Shown here piece after piece: positions 28,339 through 38,435 of a stretch of 64,000 nucleotides of DNA. Origin of the DNA: an uncultured Candidatus Bathyarchaeia archaeon (GTDB taxonomy: Archaea > Thermoproteota > Bathyarchaeia > RBG-16-48-13 > GCA-020345945); contig CAZBVH010000001.1 in assembly GCA_964495315.1 (NCBI GenBank), positions 11,248 through 75,247 of the forward strand. Direction: 5' to 3'. Position numbers and translations under genes: made by a program. Under the pieces are notes generated by a model. It saw only the letters and a program-made list of their open reading frames with translations. It searched no databases and was not told the DNA's origin. The first letter of the stretch is position 1, and every line of letters starts with the position of its first letter.

Positions 28339-29322
28339 CTATTCGAGAGGGTTTCCTGTCTTCTCTGCTTCTTTGATCAGCTTAGGGGGCCATCTTCCGA
28401 AGATTTGGGATGCTAGCTCAAGTTGCTCCTCTTCGAGAGGGTTCTTTCCGCACTGTTGATGTATGAAGGCGTCCAGCCAGAGGGGCTCATCACAGTAGTA
28501 GATCAGTCCCATTCTCTCCAGCGCGTCGTATTTGTAGCCGAAGACTGCTTTGTATCTCCCTGTCTCCTTGCCAATGTTGTAGCTGAGCGAGTTTACGCCT
28601 TCAACCATGCCTACGAGATTGAAGATCGACCTGTAGATCTTATTGATGTCTGCGATGTTCTGTGCCAGGTCTTCGCTGGCTTTGCCGTGATAAGCACGAA
28701 GCCTAGAGCCGTATCCCACATGCTCAGGTATAAGTCCAAACATGTTCTTCATACACAGCGTAAAGAAGACCTTGAACTTCGCCAGGCTGATGAATGTGCC
28801 TGTCCTACGCGCATACAGCTTCGTGGGGAGGAAACTGTACAATTCGCTCCTTAACACAGGGGGATGCCTACTTTCAACAATGCCCTTCACGATCTCTCTG
28901 TCGACAGTCCTCCCATCCAAGACTTCCTCAGCAATGTTGACGTACTCTGTTCCGAGTTCCTCAATCACTTTCTTGATCCCGGTTCTCTCCAAGAAGTCTT
29001 CTTCAGATTCCCTTACACGCTTCCTCTCATAATCTGAGAGCCTCATGCCTAGCTTGAGATCGCTTAGAACGGTCGAGTTCCTCAGGGAGTAAGATTCGAC
29101 AAGGACAACCTCTCCCTGTGTATGGAGAAACCTTAACATCCATTCCAATATGCGTGGATCTGTGAAGTGGCAAGGGTCATCGCATATCCAGTTGGGCTTC
29201 ACGATGAAAGGCTGCTTCAACCGCAGAGAACTCATGAAACCAGAGAACTCCTCCCAAGTATGAATGTCATCCATGATCAGCCGTTTTCCCTCAAACTCAA
29301 ACTTCTCATGCATGCCAGACAC
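28339..29322 (-). CDS. DUF362 domain protein
   Basis: IVKPNW, FTDP, LAKFK...TLCMKNMFGLIP...YHG. Confidence 0.75.
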   Translation of the reverse strand: MSGMHEKFEFEGKRLIMDDIHTWEEFSGFMSSLRLKQPFIVKPNWICDDPCHFTDPRILEWMLRFLHTQGEVVLVESYSLRNSTVLSDLKLGMRLSDYERKRVRESEEDFLERTGIKKVIEELGTEYVNIAEEVLDGRTVDREIVKGIVESRHPPVLRSELYSFLPTKLYARRTGTFISLAKFKVFFTLCMKNMFGLIPEHVGYGSRLRAYHGKASEDLAQNIADINKIYRSIFNLVGMVEGVNSLSYNIGKETGRYKAVFGYKYDALERMGLIYYCDEPLWLDAFIHQQCGKNPLEEEQLELASQIFGRWPPKLIKEAEKTGNPLE

Positions 29323-29646
29323 CTCAATGTCTCAACTCATTCGCTCTTCGCATATTTGTCTTGGTGGGTCTCCTTCAACAATTGCAGTGCTCCCAGCCCT
29401 AACACATCCTGCTTTCATGCTATCACACATGAGAACAATACCTCGTACATGCCCGTCATCTGTGTAACCTGCCTTCCAATTCTGTTGGCAGATAGTGCAG
29501 GGAGAGATCTGTAAGGTGTGTATCTGATTAGGCTTTTATCCAAAACTTGCTTAGTTCCACTGCATAGCCGAGGTGGCGCGGCGAGCTATGCGCCGCTCAC
29601 CTACCACTCACGAAGAGGCAAAGAAGAGGCTTCGGTGGAACCTGCG

Positions 29647-29920
29647 ATGAGAAAAAGAGTTTGGTGTGAGAACTGCTACCGAAGAAATAACCTGGACATG
29701 CATGTTGACGACTGGGATGAGCGTTTCCTGTCCCAGATAGACTCGAAGACCTATGTGGAGATGTTGAAGCTCGGCAATGTCAAGTTGGCGATGGTTTCTG
29801 CGAGCTCCCATGTGGGCAAGTGTTCCTATCCTACCCGGGTAGGTCAGATGCATAAGGGTATCAAGGGCAGAGACGTGCTGGGTGAGATCATCGACCTAGC
29901 CCACAAGGCAGGCATCTTCT
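29647..29920 (+). pseudogene. N-terminal remnant of a GHL6/alpha-fucosidase-like glycoside hydrolase
   Basis: YRRN.LDMHVDDWDERFLSQ.D...YVEML...SH.G..SYPT.VG.MH.G..GRD.LGE.I...HK.GI, after which homology ends. Confidence 0.7.
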
Positions 29921-30008
29921 GGACGCTCAGATCACCAGCGCCATTGAACCCTGAATGCTCTGAAGTATTGGGCAGTCCTTGCCTGTCTTACGCCAATTCT
30001 GCTATGCA

Positions 30009-30698
30009 TCACAGGCGCTTGTATTTTTGGTAGACTTCATCGATCGAGACTCCAGAAGCGAGGGCCTTGCGTGTATCCTCCTCACGTGCTTCTGTCTCTT
30101 CAGCCTTAACTAAGACTCGCTGAGCCATCTCTTGGGGTATTGCAATTACACCGTCCATGTCTCCTACAATCCAGTCGCCCGGGTTCACTGCAACCTCAGC
30201 GGTGAGGGTTCCACTCATACATATGGGAATCTGGAAGTCTTGGGGTCTCCATCGTCTGAGTGACTCGATGGGACTGGTGTAGCGGACGAACACAGGCCAG
30301 TCCGGGATTTTGAGAAGGCCTCTTCCATCCCTGATCCCGCCATCGATGACTATTCCGACAGCCCCATGTTGCTTCGAGGTGTAGCTCATCATCTCGCCCC
30401 AGTGTCCGCAACAGGATTCCTTCTCAGCGTCAACAACTACGACATTATTGGGTCTTATCGCTTTCAGCATCCCGAAATTCTCAAACTTGGGGCTCGTGCT
30501 TCCGGTTCTTGGGTCTCTTGAACCTTGCACTGTGAAGGCTTGACCGGCTACGTGCATGTCGTAGCATAGCGGCTTTATCGCGAGTGACAGGCACTGGTTT
30601 CCATATCCCATCGAGTCCAAGGTATCATATATGGTGGCTGTAGGGATCTTCCTATATCGTTCAGCCATCTCCTTTGCGCCGATCTCTTCTTCGACCAA
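30009..30698 (-). CDS. RraA family / HMG-CHA aldolase-like protein
   Basis: TATIYDTL, G.AFTV, WGEMM, VIDGGIRD, VNPGD.IVGD.DGV..IP. Confidence 0.88.
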   Translation of the reverse strand: MVEEEIGAKEMAERYRKIPTATIYDTLDSMGYGNQCLSLAIKPLCYDMHVAGQAFTVQGSRDPRTGSTSPKFENFGMLKAIRPNNVVVVDAEKESCCGHWGEMMSYTSKQHGAVGIVIDGGIRDGRGLLKIPDWPVFVRYTSPIESLRRWRPQDFQIPICMSGTLTAEVAVNPGDWIVGDMDGVIAIPQEMAQRVLVKAEETEAREEDTRKALASGVSIDEVYQKYKRL

Positions 30699-30823
30699 TC
30701 CACCTTCCTCCCAACAGAGCTTGAAAGCATGAATACATATCCTGCACCGTTCAAAAAACTCTTTGGCTTAAAAGTAGACAGTATATCGAAGCGGCTGAGG
30801 CATATGCCAGGGGTGTCTTCAAT

Positions 30824-31963
30824 CTGAGAATAGTTGACTTACGGACTGCCAAACTTGACGTAGGTTTCAAAGAGATACTGGTGAAGGTCTACACCGACGA
30901 GGAGATCACGGGTCTCGGAGAAGCCTACTGGGGTGAAGGCGTTAGAGAGATCGTAAAGAGCGAAAGGATGAAACAGATCCTCTCAGGACAGAACCCCCTC
31001 GACGTAAACAGGCTTTTCACCAGGATGATCGACGCCATGTCAGGTGAAGGTTCGACAGCCGGAGCTACTGTGACAGCGATCAGCGGGATAGAACTGGCAT
31101 TATGGGACATAGTTGGAAAAAGCTTAGGCGCTCCCCTCTACCGGCTCCTCGGGGGAAAGTACCGCGACAAGGTAAGGATCTACGCGGACTGCCATGCCGG
31201 AGAGGTCGATGAACCGAAGTCCTGGGCTGAGAAAGCCTTGTCCGTCAGAGACATGGGATATACCGCCCTCAAATTCGATATAGACACTCCGGAGCACTGG
31301 AGAGAAGACTTCAATCGTTGCTTAACCAACACCGAGATACATACTCAGGCTGAGAAGGTCGCCGCCGTCAGGGAGGCCGTTGGGGATGACGCTGATCTCA
31401 TGATAGACTGCCACTGGAGGTACTCTCCCAAAGACGCGCTGAGGCTGGCGGATGCGCTGAAGGAGTACAACCTGCTATGGCTTGAAGACCCTATCCCTCC
31501 AGGTAACGTTGAGGCCATGCGGAAGGTCACCTCAATGAGTCCGATCCCGATATGCACTGGCGAGAACCTCTACCTCAAAAGCGGATTCAGAGAACTCATT
31601 GAGAAGCAGGCCGCGGACATCGTGTCTCCGGACATACCCAAGGTCGGCGGCGTCTCGGAGTTCAAGAGGATCGCCGATATGGCTGACACCTACTATGTTC
31701 CTGTCGCACCGCACAACATATCCTCCCCCATCGGAACAATTGCTGGGGTCCACGCCTGCGCCTCAATTAGCAATTTCCTCCTCCTAGAGGTTCACCACCT
31801 CGCCCGCGCACCTTGGTGGGAGGACTTGGTGAAAGGTGAGAAGCCCCTAATCAAAGATGGCTTCATCACCATCACGGAAAAGCCAGGGATAGGAGTAGAA
31901 CTTGACGAGAAAGAGGTCTCAAAGCATCTCATTGAAGCTGATGAGGGCTTCTTCGACGAATGA
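30824..31963 (+). CDS. Mandelate racemase/muconate lactonizing enzyme family (gluconate/galactonate dehydratase-like)
   Basis: ITGLGE, AISGIELALWDI.GK, KFD, DCHW, WLEDP, TGEN, PHN. The conserved N-terminus (LRIVDLRT) extends to CTG 30824. Confidence 0.9.
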   Translation: MRIVDLRTAKLDVGFKEILVKVYTDEEITGLGEAYWGEGVREIVKSERMKQILSGQNPLDVNRLFTRMIDAMSGEGSTAGATVTAISGIELALWDIVGKSLGAPLYRLLGGKYRDKVRIYADCHAGEVDEPKSWAEKALSVRDMGYTALKFDIDTPEHWREDFNRCLTNTEIHTQAEKVAAVREAVGDDADLMIDCHWRYSPKDALRLADALKEYNLLWLEDPIPPGNVEAMRKVTSMSPIPICTGENLYLKSGFRELIEKQAADIVSPDIPKVGGVSEFKRIADMADTYYVPVAPHNISSPIGTIAGVHACASISNFLLLEVHHLARAPWWEDLVKGEKPLIKDGFITITEKPGIGVELDEKEVSKHLIEADEGFFDE

Positions 31964-32040
31964 GGACAAAGAAGGCAATCTTGGGAGTTGCGAGAGCTGG
32001 ACGAACGTCGACTACGAGAAGGGTATGGAGCTGAGTCTGT

Positions 32041-32634
32041 CTGATCTCTCTGATCGTGTTAGCTGCAGGTAAATCAACTAGGTTTGGGAAGAACAAGTTG
32101 CTCCACAAGATCGGAGGGCGTACGGTAATCGGACGTGTAGTCAAGAGTGCGCTGGGATCCGAAGCAGACGAGGTTATTCTGGTCGTCGGGCACGACGCAG
32201 AAAGAGTGGGAAGAGAAGTGTCCGGGGCAGAATGCAAGCTCGTCTACAACAGCGCGTTCGAGGAGGGGCAGAGTTCCTCAGTGAAAGTCGGCGTTACATC
32301 GGCAGCAGAAGACTCTGAGGCTGCAATGATACTTCCGGGAGACATCGCCTTGATCAGCTCGGAGGCGATAGACAAGGTAATCGAGGAGTACAGGAGAACA
32401 GGCGGTCCAATAGTTGTGGCGGCCTATCAAGGTAAGCATGGACACCCGATACTCCTCGATAGGAGCCTGTTCCGCGAGATCGCTCAGATAAACGAGGAAA
32501 CTCAAGGTCTGAAGGCTATAGTCAATAGGCATCGGAAACAGGTGAGACAGGTTGAGGTGGGGTCGCCGGAAGTGCTGTTTGACCTGGACACGGAGGAGGA
32601 TATCAGAAGGCTCTCTACTTTCTCTGAGGTCTGA
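32041..32634 (+). CDS. mocA: Molybdenum cofactor cytidylyltransferase (MocA-like nucleotidyltransferase)
   Basis: IVLAAGKSTRFG.NKLL, GQSSS, GHP, DLDT.ED. Neighbours xdhC and moeA. Start inferred at CTG. Confidence 0.82.
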   Translation: MISLIVLAAGKSTRFGKNKLLHKIGGRTVIGRVVKSALGSEADEVILVVGHDAERVGREVSGAECKLVYNSAFEEGQSSSVKVGVTSAAEDSEAAMILPGDIALISSEAIDKVIEEYRRTGGPIVVAAYQGKHGHPILLDRSLFREIAQINEETQGLKAIVNRHRKQVRQVEVGSPEVLFDLDTEEDIRRLSTFSEV

Positions 32635-33442
32635 CGGTAGTCTTCTCTCGCAACGCCAACGACTCACCTGTACCGCCTCTATGAAGCTTCACTATCTCCG
32701 CCATTATGCTGACCGCTATCTCCTCCGGGGTTTCCCCACCGATATCCAAACCGATGGGTGCATAGACGCGTCTTATAGCATCCTCAGGAACGCCCTCTCT
32801 CCTCAATTTCTCGAACACTTTTCTAACCTTCGTCTGACTGCCTATCATCCCAACATAGGCGGCCTTCGAGGTGATGGTGCGCCTGAGAACAAGCTCGTCA
32901 AGTGCATGCCCTCTGGTGACTATGACCACGTATGTAGACGGTGTTATCTCCACTCTGCTCAACGCGTCATCGAAGTTCTGGCAGATCGCCATGTCGGCTT
33001 CCGGAAACCTCTCTCTATTCGCGTATTCCTTCCTGTCATCAAGTACCACAACGCGGAAACCAAGCATAGCGCCTAGCTTCGTGAGCGGCAACGCGATGTG
33101 TCCGCCTCCTGCTATCAGTAGCGTGGGCTTATTCCGAATGGGGTCTAGGAGCAACTCCATCTCACCTCCACACACCATACCGGTCTCAGCAGCTTCTCCC
33201 TCACCAAGAGAGTACGTCACAACTCTTGGCTCTCCCTTGCTAAGCACTTTTCGAGATTCGGATATGACAAGGGCTTCGATCTTACCTCCACCGATCGTAC
33301 CGAAAATGCCTCCACTCTCTCTCACTATCATCTTGGCACCCACTTCTCTTGGAACGGAGCCCCTAGTCTTCACCACGGTGACTAAGACAAATCTCTCACC
33401 GTTTGCCACCAACTCGTTAGCCTTCTGAAGGATTTCACTCAT
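32615..33442 (-). CDS. xdhC: XdhC/CoxI molybdoenzyme maturation factor
   Basis: GS.PRE.GAKM, GTIGGG..E, GMVCGG, GGGHIA, TRGH..D, PIGLDIGGETPEEIA.SI. Confidence 0.93.
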   Translation of the reverse strand: MSEILQKANELVANGERFVLVTVVKTRGSVPREVGAKMIVRESGGIFGTIGGGKIEALVISESRKVLSKGEPRVVTYSLGEGEAAETGMVCGGEMELLLDPIRNKPTLLIAGGGHIALPLTKLGAMLGFRVVVLDDRKEYANRERFPEADMAICQNFDDALSRVEITPSTYVVIVTRGHALDELVLRRTITSKAAYVGMIGSQTKVRKVFEKLRREGVPEDAIRRVYAPIGLDIGGETPEEIAVSIMAEIVKLHRGGTGESLALREKTTVRPQRK

Positions 33443-33570
33443 TGTTCTCCCTCTTCGCCCCTGAAAATGCATCACGCGTTAAAGTTGGCTGTTCTCGCCC
33501 AAATCCTTCATGTTCCCCTCGATGCGATACGAGATCAGGTCTTCTGGATACAACTCTAATATCCTCGGTA

Positions 33571-34851
33571 TCAAGCCCAAGACAAACCAGGCACAAGATT
33601 GACGTCGACTTCTTCATCTCTCTCAAGCACGGTCTTTCCTGGAGGTGCGATCACGAAGCCGTCTGCTTCCACCAATGTCCTCAGCAGAGAGGAGTCTCCC
33701 ATGATCGGTCTTGCCAGCCAGTCCCCAGATCTTTTTTCGAATCTGACGAGGACTACCCTCTCGAATTCTCCTGATCCGTCAAACACTACTTCTTCGCTCA
33801 TCCTTGCCTTGATCGCGGCAAGGTGGTTCTCTTCTGATATCCCACTCAACATGCGCATCAACGGGATGGCGAAGGTGTAGAAGCCGACGAGAGTGGATTG
33901 GATATGTCCAGGCAGCATCACGATCGGCTTACCTCTCACGACGCCTACCCCCGAAACTCTTCCTGGTCTCCTCTTTATCCCGTGGACAATCACCATCGAA
34001 TCTTCAGACTGATTGATGGCATCTGGAACGTAATCCCGATCGCCCACCGAGCAACCGCCTATGGTTATCAAGAGATCTCCTTTTTCTAGACCCTCAACTA
34101 TCTTCTCTCTTGTGATGGATACGTCGTCCGGGGTGATGCCCATATCAACTGGTATTCCGCCTAGTCTGGTCACTAATCTTGCGATTGTGTGGCTGTGACT
34201 CTGGATAGTCTTCCCGTCCTTCTTCTCTTCGATATCCTCAACTAACTCATTCCCGCTTGAGATTATGGGGACGATTGGTCTACGGACGATCTTGACAGCT
34301 TTGACTCCTAGGGCGGCGAGAAGCCCCTCATCTTGGGCTCTCAGAATCCTCCCTTTCGATAGTATCCTTTCTCCTCTTTTCACATCCTCACCCCTAGGAA
34401 TCACATTCTCACCGACGCGCAGGGGATCACATATCTGAATTGAGGTCCTTCCAGATGGGACGACCTGCTCCTCCATAACGACCGCATCCGCTCCTTTGGG
34501 CAAGGACCCGCCAGTTGGAACCTTGCAGGTCTCTTCCTCGTGGAGTTCACAGCTCACTCTCTCCCCGAGCTGTATCTCACCCTTGACTCTCAACAAGACC
34601 GGGGTGTCCGATGACGCGCCGTAAGTATCCTTTGCTCTGACGGCAAAGCCATCGAATCGTGAGCAATCTCGTTCGGGGAGATCCATAGGAGCTATTACAT
34701 CCTCGGCGAGGACTCGGCCGAACGTATCGCTGGTTTGGGCCGATTCCGAATCCAAGGCTTTCGGGCGAATAATCCTGATAACCTGCCTTAAGGCTTCTGC
34801 AGGGGTTACATAGTTGAGTTTCCTTCTCATGTCTTGTCTCACCCGACCCAA
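33571..34851 (-). CDS. moeA: Molybdopterin molybdenumtransferase MoeA
   Basis: GRVLAED, DGFAV, TGG.LP.GADAVVM.E, GEDV, SSGNEL, GG.SVG.RD. Confidence 0.92.
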   Translation of the reverse strand: MGRVRQDMRRKLNYVTPAEALRQVIRIIRPKALDSESAQTSDTFGRVLAEDVIAPMDLPERDCSRFDGFAVRAKDTYGASSDTPVLLRVKGEIQLGERVSCELHEEETCKVPTGGSLPKGADAVVMEEQVVPSGRTSIQICDPLRVGENVIPRGEDVKRGERILSKGRILRAQDEGLLAALGVKAVKIVRRPIVPIISSGNELVEDIEEKKDGKTIQSHSHTIARLVTRLGGIPVDMGITPDDVSITREKIVEGLEKGDLLITIGGCSVGDRDYVPDAINQSEDSMVIVHGIKRRPGRVSGVGVVRGKPIVMLPGHIQSTLVGFYTFAIPLMRMLSGISEENHLAAIKARMSEEVVFDGSGEFERVVLVRFEKRSGDWLARPIMGDSSLLRTLVEADGFVIAPPGKTVLERDEEVDVNLVPGLSWA

Positions 34852-34975
34852 GCGCTTTCTGCTCAGGAATATCTCAGCCTTACCCTGATCCTAGGGGATA
34901 GATGCCTACTTACAATTCTAGCGCAAGAGTTTCAAATATCTATCACTCAGTCAACGATTGTCTGGGCTGATTACT

Positions 34976-36187
34976 ATGTTACTGAACAGGAGAAGGGCAG
35001 AGAAGAAAATGGAGCAACACGGTCTTGACGCTCTGGTCGCGACCTCACCTGCCAACGTTCTTTACGCGAGTGATCTTTGCTCAAGAAACTGTTTTGTCTT
35101 ACTACCATATGAACGAGGAGTAGAGCCGGCTCTCATCGCCTCGATCTCCGGTCCTACACCGGTTGTTCTCATGTCTCCCCCTCACATACGCGACGTACGG
35201 TATTATGGGGAGTTCTACACAGTGGTACCCAAGGTTAAGGGGGGATTCACCAATGCTGAACGAGAGTTGATCAAAGCCCAGGAATCTTGGGATAGAACAA
35301 AGATAGCAGACCCAATTGAGATCTTGATCAACCTACTGGAAGAACGAGGCATAACAAAGGGTAGGATCGGTTTAGATGAATCGGCACTGCCCTATCAACA
35401 CCCGTCTTGGCAAGAGATCAGGCGCAGACTGCCCAAACTTGAGGTCGTCCCCGCAGAAAGAATACTCAGGGAAATACGCATGGTCAAATCTGAGGAAGAG
35501 ATCAGGCGGATAAAGGAAGCGGTAAGGATCACGGAGAAGGCTTGGCAGACCGCTCTGGAAGAGGCACGTACGGGGATTACTGAGAGAGCGTTCGCAGGGA
35601 TATACGAGCATACCATTATCTCAGAGGGAGGCAGACTCACATCTTGGATGGGCATGTATGGATCACCCATCGCGTTTGGACGCCGAACCGCCTTTGTAGA
35701 CATCGCGTTACCTTCCGACTACAAACTGAAAAAGGGAGACATCCTGCGTCTTGACGGCGGCTGCAGTTATATGGGCTATTCTTGCGACATGGGGCGCAGC
35801 GCGGTTCTCGGGCAACCCGGTGAGAAGACGCTGAAGTATTGGAATGCTATCTTTGAAGGAGAGAAGCTAGCCATTGGCATGGCGGAGCCAGGTGCTGAGG
35901 CTTCAGTGATATTCAACTCGGTAGTTGAAAAAGTCAGGAAGAGCGGAATACCCGAGTACAAGCGGCATCACACTGGTCATGGATGGGGTATCGAACACTA
36001 CGATCCGCCGCTTATCGGCCCCAATGATCACACCCAACTCGAGGAGGGGATGGTGTTGTGTTTCGAGACCCCATACTATGAAGTTGGGTGGGGTGGACTA
36101 TTGCACGAAGACATCGTGGTGATCACCGAGAGCAAACCTCGTTACCTCACAAAGTTCGAGGGAGAACTACGCATAATGAAAGAATAG
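34976..36187 (+). CDS. M24-family (Xaa-Pro peptidase/creatinase-like) hydrolase
   Basis: Creatinase N-domain, R.VKSEEEI, DGG..Y.GY.CD.GR, HTGHG.G, FETP, HEDIV. Confidence 0.88.
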   Translation: MLLNRRRAEKKMEQHGLDALVATSPANVLYASDLCSRNCFVLLPYERGVEPALIASISGPTPVVLMSPPHIRDVRYYGEFYTVVPKVKGGFTNAERELIKAQESWDRTKIADPIEILINLLEERGITKGRIGLDESALPYQHPSWQEIRRRLPKLEVVPAERILREIRMVKSEEEIRRIKEAVRITEKAWQTALEEARTGITERAFAGIYEHTIISEGGRLTSWMGMYGSPIAFGRRTAFVDIALPSDYKLKKGDILRLDGGCSYMGYSCDMGRSAVLGQPGEKTLKYWNAIFEGEKLAIGMAEPGAEASVIFNSVVEKVRKSGIPEYKRHHTGHGWGIEHYDPPLIGPNDHTQLEEGMVLCFETPYYEVGWGGLLHEDIVVITESKPRYLTKFEGELRIMKE

Positions 36188-36284
36188 CTTTCCAGCTATC
36201 CGTTTGGGAGGCACCTTTTCCGGGCGTACGAGTGCGCAGAAAGGCTTCCTATAAATATCCTCCTGCCACAAGGTAGGAAACTGC

Positions 36285-37298
36285 ATGAGATCCTCAAGTA
36301 TTGACTTCGGTATATCGGAACCTCGTGGACGCGACATCGACATTATAGCGTTTGCCAAGGCGGCTGAGAGGCTTGGCTTCAACTCTATTCATGTGCGTGA
36401 CCACGTCTCCGCGCCCTTCGAGCCATTAACAATTCTAACGGCCATAGCCATGAAGACGGAGAAGTTGAAGGTTGCCACAAGCGTACTCGATATGAACCGG
36501 CGTAATCCAGCAATCACAGCACATATGACATCCACACTAGACCACCTTTCAGGCGGCCGGCTGATCCTTGGCGTCGGCTGTGGCATATGGAATTGGCCCA
36601 CCTACAACGTACCAAACATAGGAGACAAAGGGAGACTGAAGGTCAGCAGAAAGGTAACCAGAGCGAGAGAGGCCATCGAGGTCCTCAAGAAGTTCTGGAC
36701 TGAGCCGTCCGTCACGTACAAAGGAAGGTTCTATGGCTTTGAGGACGCCTCGATTGCAACGAAACCACTGCAGAGACCACATCCTCCCATCTGGGTTGCA
36801 GGGTACGGCAGGCGAATGAAGAGGATAGCTGCCGAGCTTGGAGACGGGTTCATCACTCAAACGATGCCACCAACAATGTACAAGGAGGAGGTCGAAAGTG
36901 TGAGATGCTCTGCAAAGGCGGCCGGTAGAGATCCGATGAAGATCAAGGGCATACTTGCAGCAATGACCGGGATCGGGCGGACCCATGATGAGGCTGTGGA
37001 GTCGATCAAGAAGGAAGCACAGAGCCTACTATTCCGTTCTGCTAGAGACCATGCTGACCATCACAACAGGTTGGCTGAACGGTTGGGCTACGGTGAGCCG
37101 CTTCCTTGGAAGAGACCGGAGGATATCTCTTCTGAGGACATAGGTCAAGTCTACCTCATCGGAACCCCTGAGGAGATCATCACACGTATAGAAGAGTACC
37201 TGAAAGGTGGAATGAGCTACCTCATCGTTATGGGTCCACAAACAACGGATAGCCTGAAACTCTTCTCCAATAAAGTCATATCATCCTTCAAGGATTAG
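36285..37298 (+). CDS. LLM-class flavin/F420-dependent oxidoreductase
   Basis: AE.LGF.S..V.DH, TLDHLSGGRL.LG.G, KPLQRPHPPIW, GTPEE. Confidence 0.9.
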   Translation: MRSSSIDFGISEPRGRDIDIIAFAKAAERLGFNSIHVRDHVSAPFEPLTILTAIAMKTEKLKVATSVLDMNRRNPAITAHMTSTLDHLSGGRLILGVGCGIWNWPTYNVPNIGDKGRLKVSRKVTRAREAIEVLKKFWTEPSVTYKGRFYGFEDASIATKPLQRPHPPIWVAGYGRRMKRIAAELGDGFITQTMPPTMYKEEVESVRCSAKAAGRDPMKIKGILAAMTGIGRTHDEAVESIKKEAQSLLFRSARDHADHHNRLAERLGYGEPLPWKRPEDISSEDIGQVYLIGTPEEIITRIEEYLKGGMSYLIVMGPQTTDSLKLFSNKVISSFKD

Positions 37299-37399
37299 AA
37301 GTGCGAAGAACCCTCGTTCTGTCGTGGTCTACTGGCAGGTGTGATGGAGCGAAACTCATCGTAAACATATCAACACTTTGTACTCGGCGTGTGGTGAAT

Positions 37400-38356
37400 A
37401 TGCAGGTCGCAAACGGTGTGCTGGATCTAATTGGTAAGACACCTATGGTGAAACTGAACAGCCTCACGAAAGGCATTGAGGCAAACGTACTTGTCAAGTT
37501 GGAATACCTCAACCCAAGTGGAAGTCTGAAGGATAGGATCGCGCTTGAGATGATCGAGCGCGCAGAGGAGAAAGGGATCCTGAAGCCTGGTTACACGATC
37601 GTTGAAGCCAGCACAGGAAATACTGGGATCGCACTCTCACTTGTTGGTACCCTGAAAGGGTACAGAGTAGTCATATACGAGACGATACCTGGGAGAATGG
37701 GAGAGGAGAAGATAAAGATCATGAGGAACTACGGTGCAGAGGTTAAACTGATAACTCCAGAGCAGCGGGAAAGAGAAAGGAGTGTGCCTGGGGCAGAGAT
37801 CGAGCTTCCCGGTAGACAGATGTGCCTGGAGTTGGAGCGGAGCAACCCGAAGGTCTGGTGGGCGCGACAATTCAGCAACCCTGACAACACAAGGGCCCAC
37901 AACAAGACGGGTAGGGAGATCCTAGCTCAAACTGATGGTAAGGTCCACGCCTTTGTCGGCTCCATAGGTACAGGTGGAACACTGATGGGCATAGCTGAGG
38001 TGCTGAAAAAGGAATTGCCGAACATAAGGGTTGTCGGGATCCAGCCCTCAAGCTCCAAAGTTGCCATCACTCCAGGCGAACCCTACCCTAGAAGTGAGAT
38101 AAAGGGCGGCATCGTCTCCGATATGACGGAGAGACGCAATCTGATCGATGAGGTGGTAAAGGTCAGCGACGAGGACGCTGTAGAGATAACTCGTCGGCTT
38201 TGGAAAGAAGAGGGGCTATTTGCAGGGGTATCGTCGGGAGCCAACGTACTCGTCGCAATAAGGGAGGCCGAAAGACTAGGGGAAGGAAAGAATGTAGTAA
38301 CCGTCCTGCCTGATAGCGGAGACAGATACCTAACAGAGCAACACTACGTTACCTAG
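37400..38356 (+). CDS. PLP-dependent cysteine synthase family protein (second atypical paralog)
   Basis: IGKTPMV, KLEYLNPSGSLKDR, STGNTG, QFSNP.N, GTGGT, GVSSGA, PDSGDRYL. GGTGA RBS. Confidence 0.9.
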   Translation: MQVANGVLDLIGKTPMVKLNSLTKGIEANVLVKLEYLNPSGSLKDRIALEMIERAEEKGILKPGYTIVEASTGNTGIALSLVGTLKGYRVVIYETIPGRMGEEKIKIMRNYGAEVKLITPEQRERERSVPGAEIELPGRQMCLELERSNPKVWWARQFSNPDNTRAHNKTGREILAQTDGKVHAFVGSIGTGGTLMGIAEVLKKELPNIRVVGIQPSSSKVAITPGEPYPRSEIKGGIVSDMTERRNLIDEVVKVSDEDAVEITRRLWKEEGLFAGVSSGANVLVAIREAERLGEGKNVVTVLPDSGDRYLTEQHYVT

Positions 38357-38435
38357 AAAGACGTCAAAGTCCAATCATGGCCCTCGCGGGAAACCGGATG
38401 CCAGCCCTCCAAAGCCACTATTGACCGGATCTACC

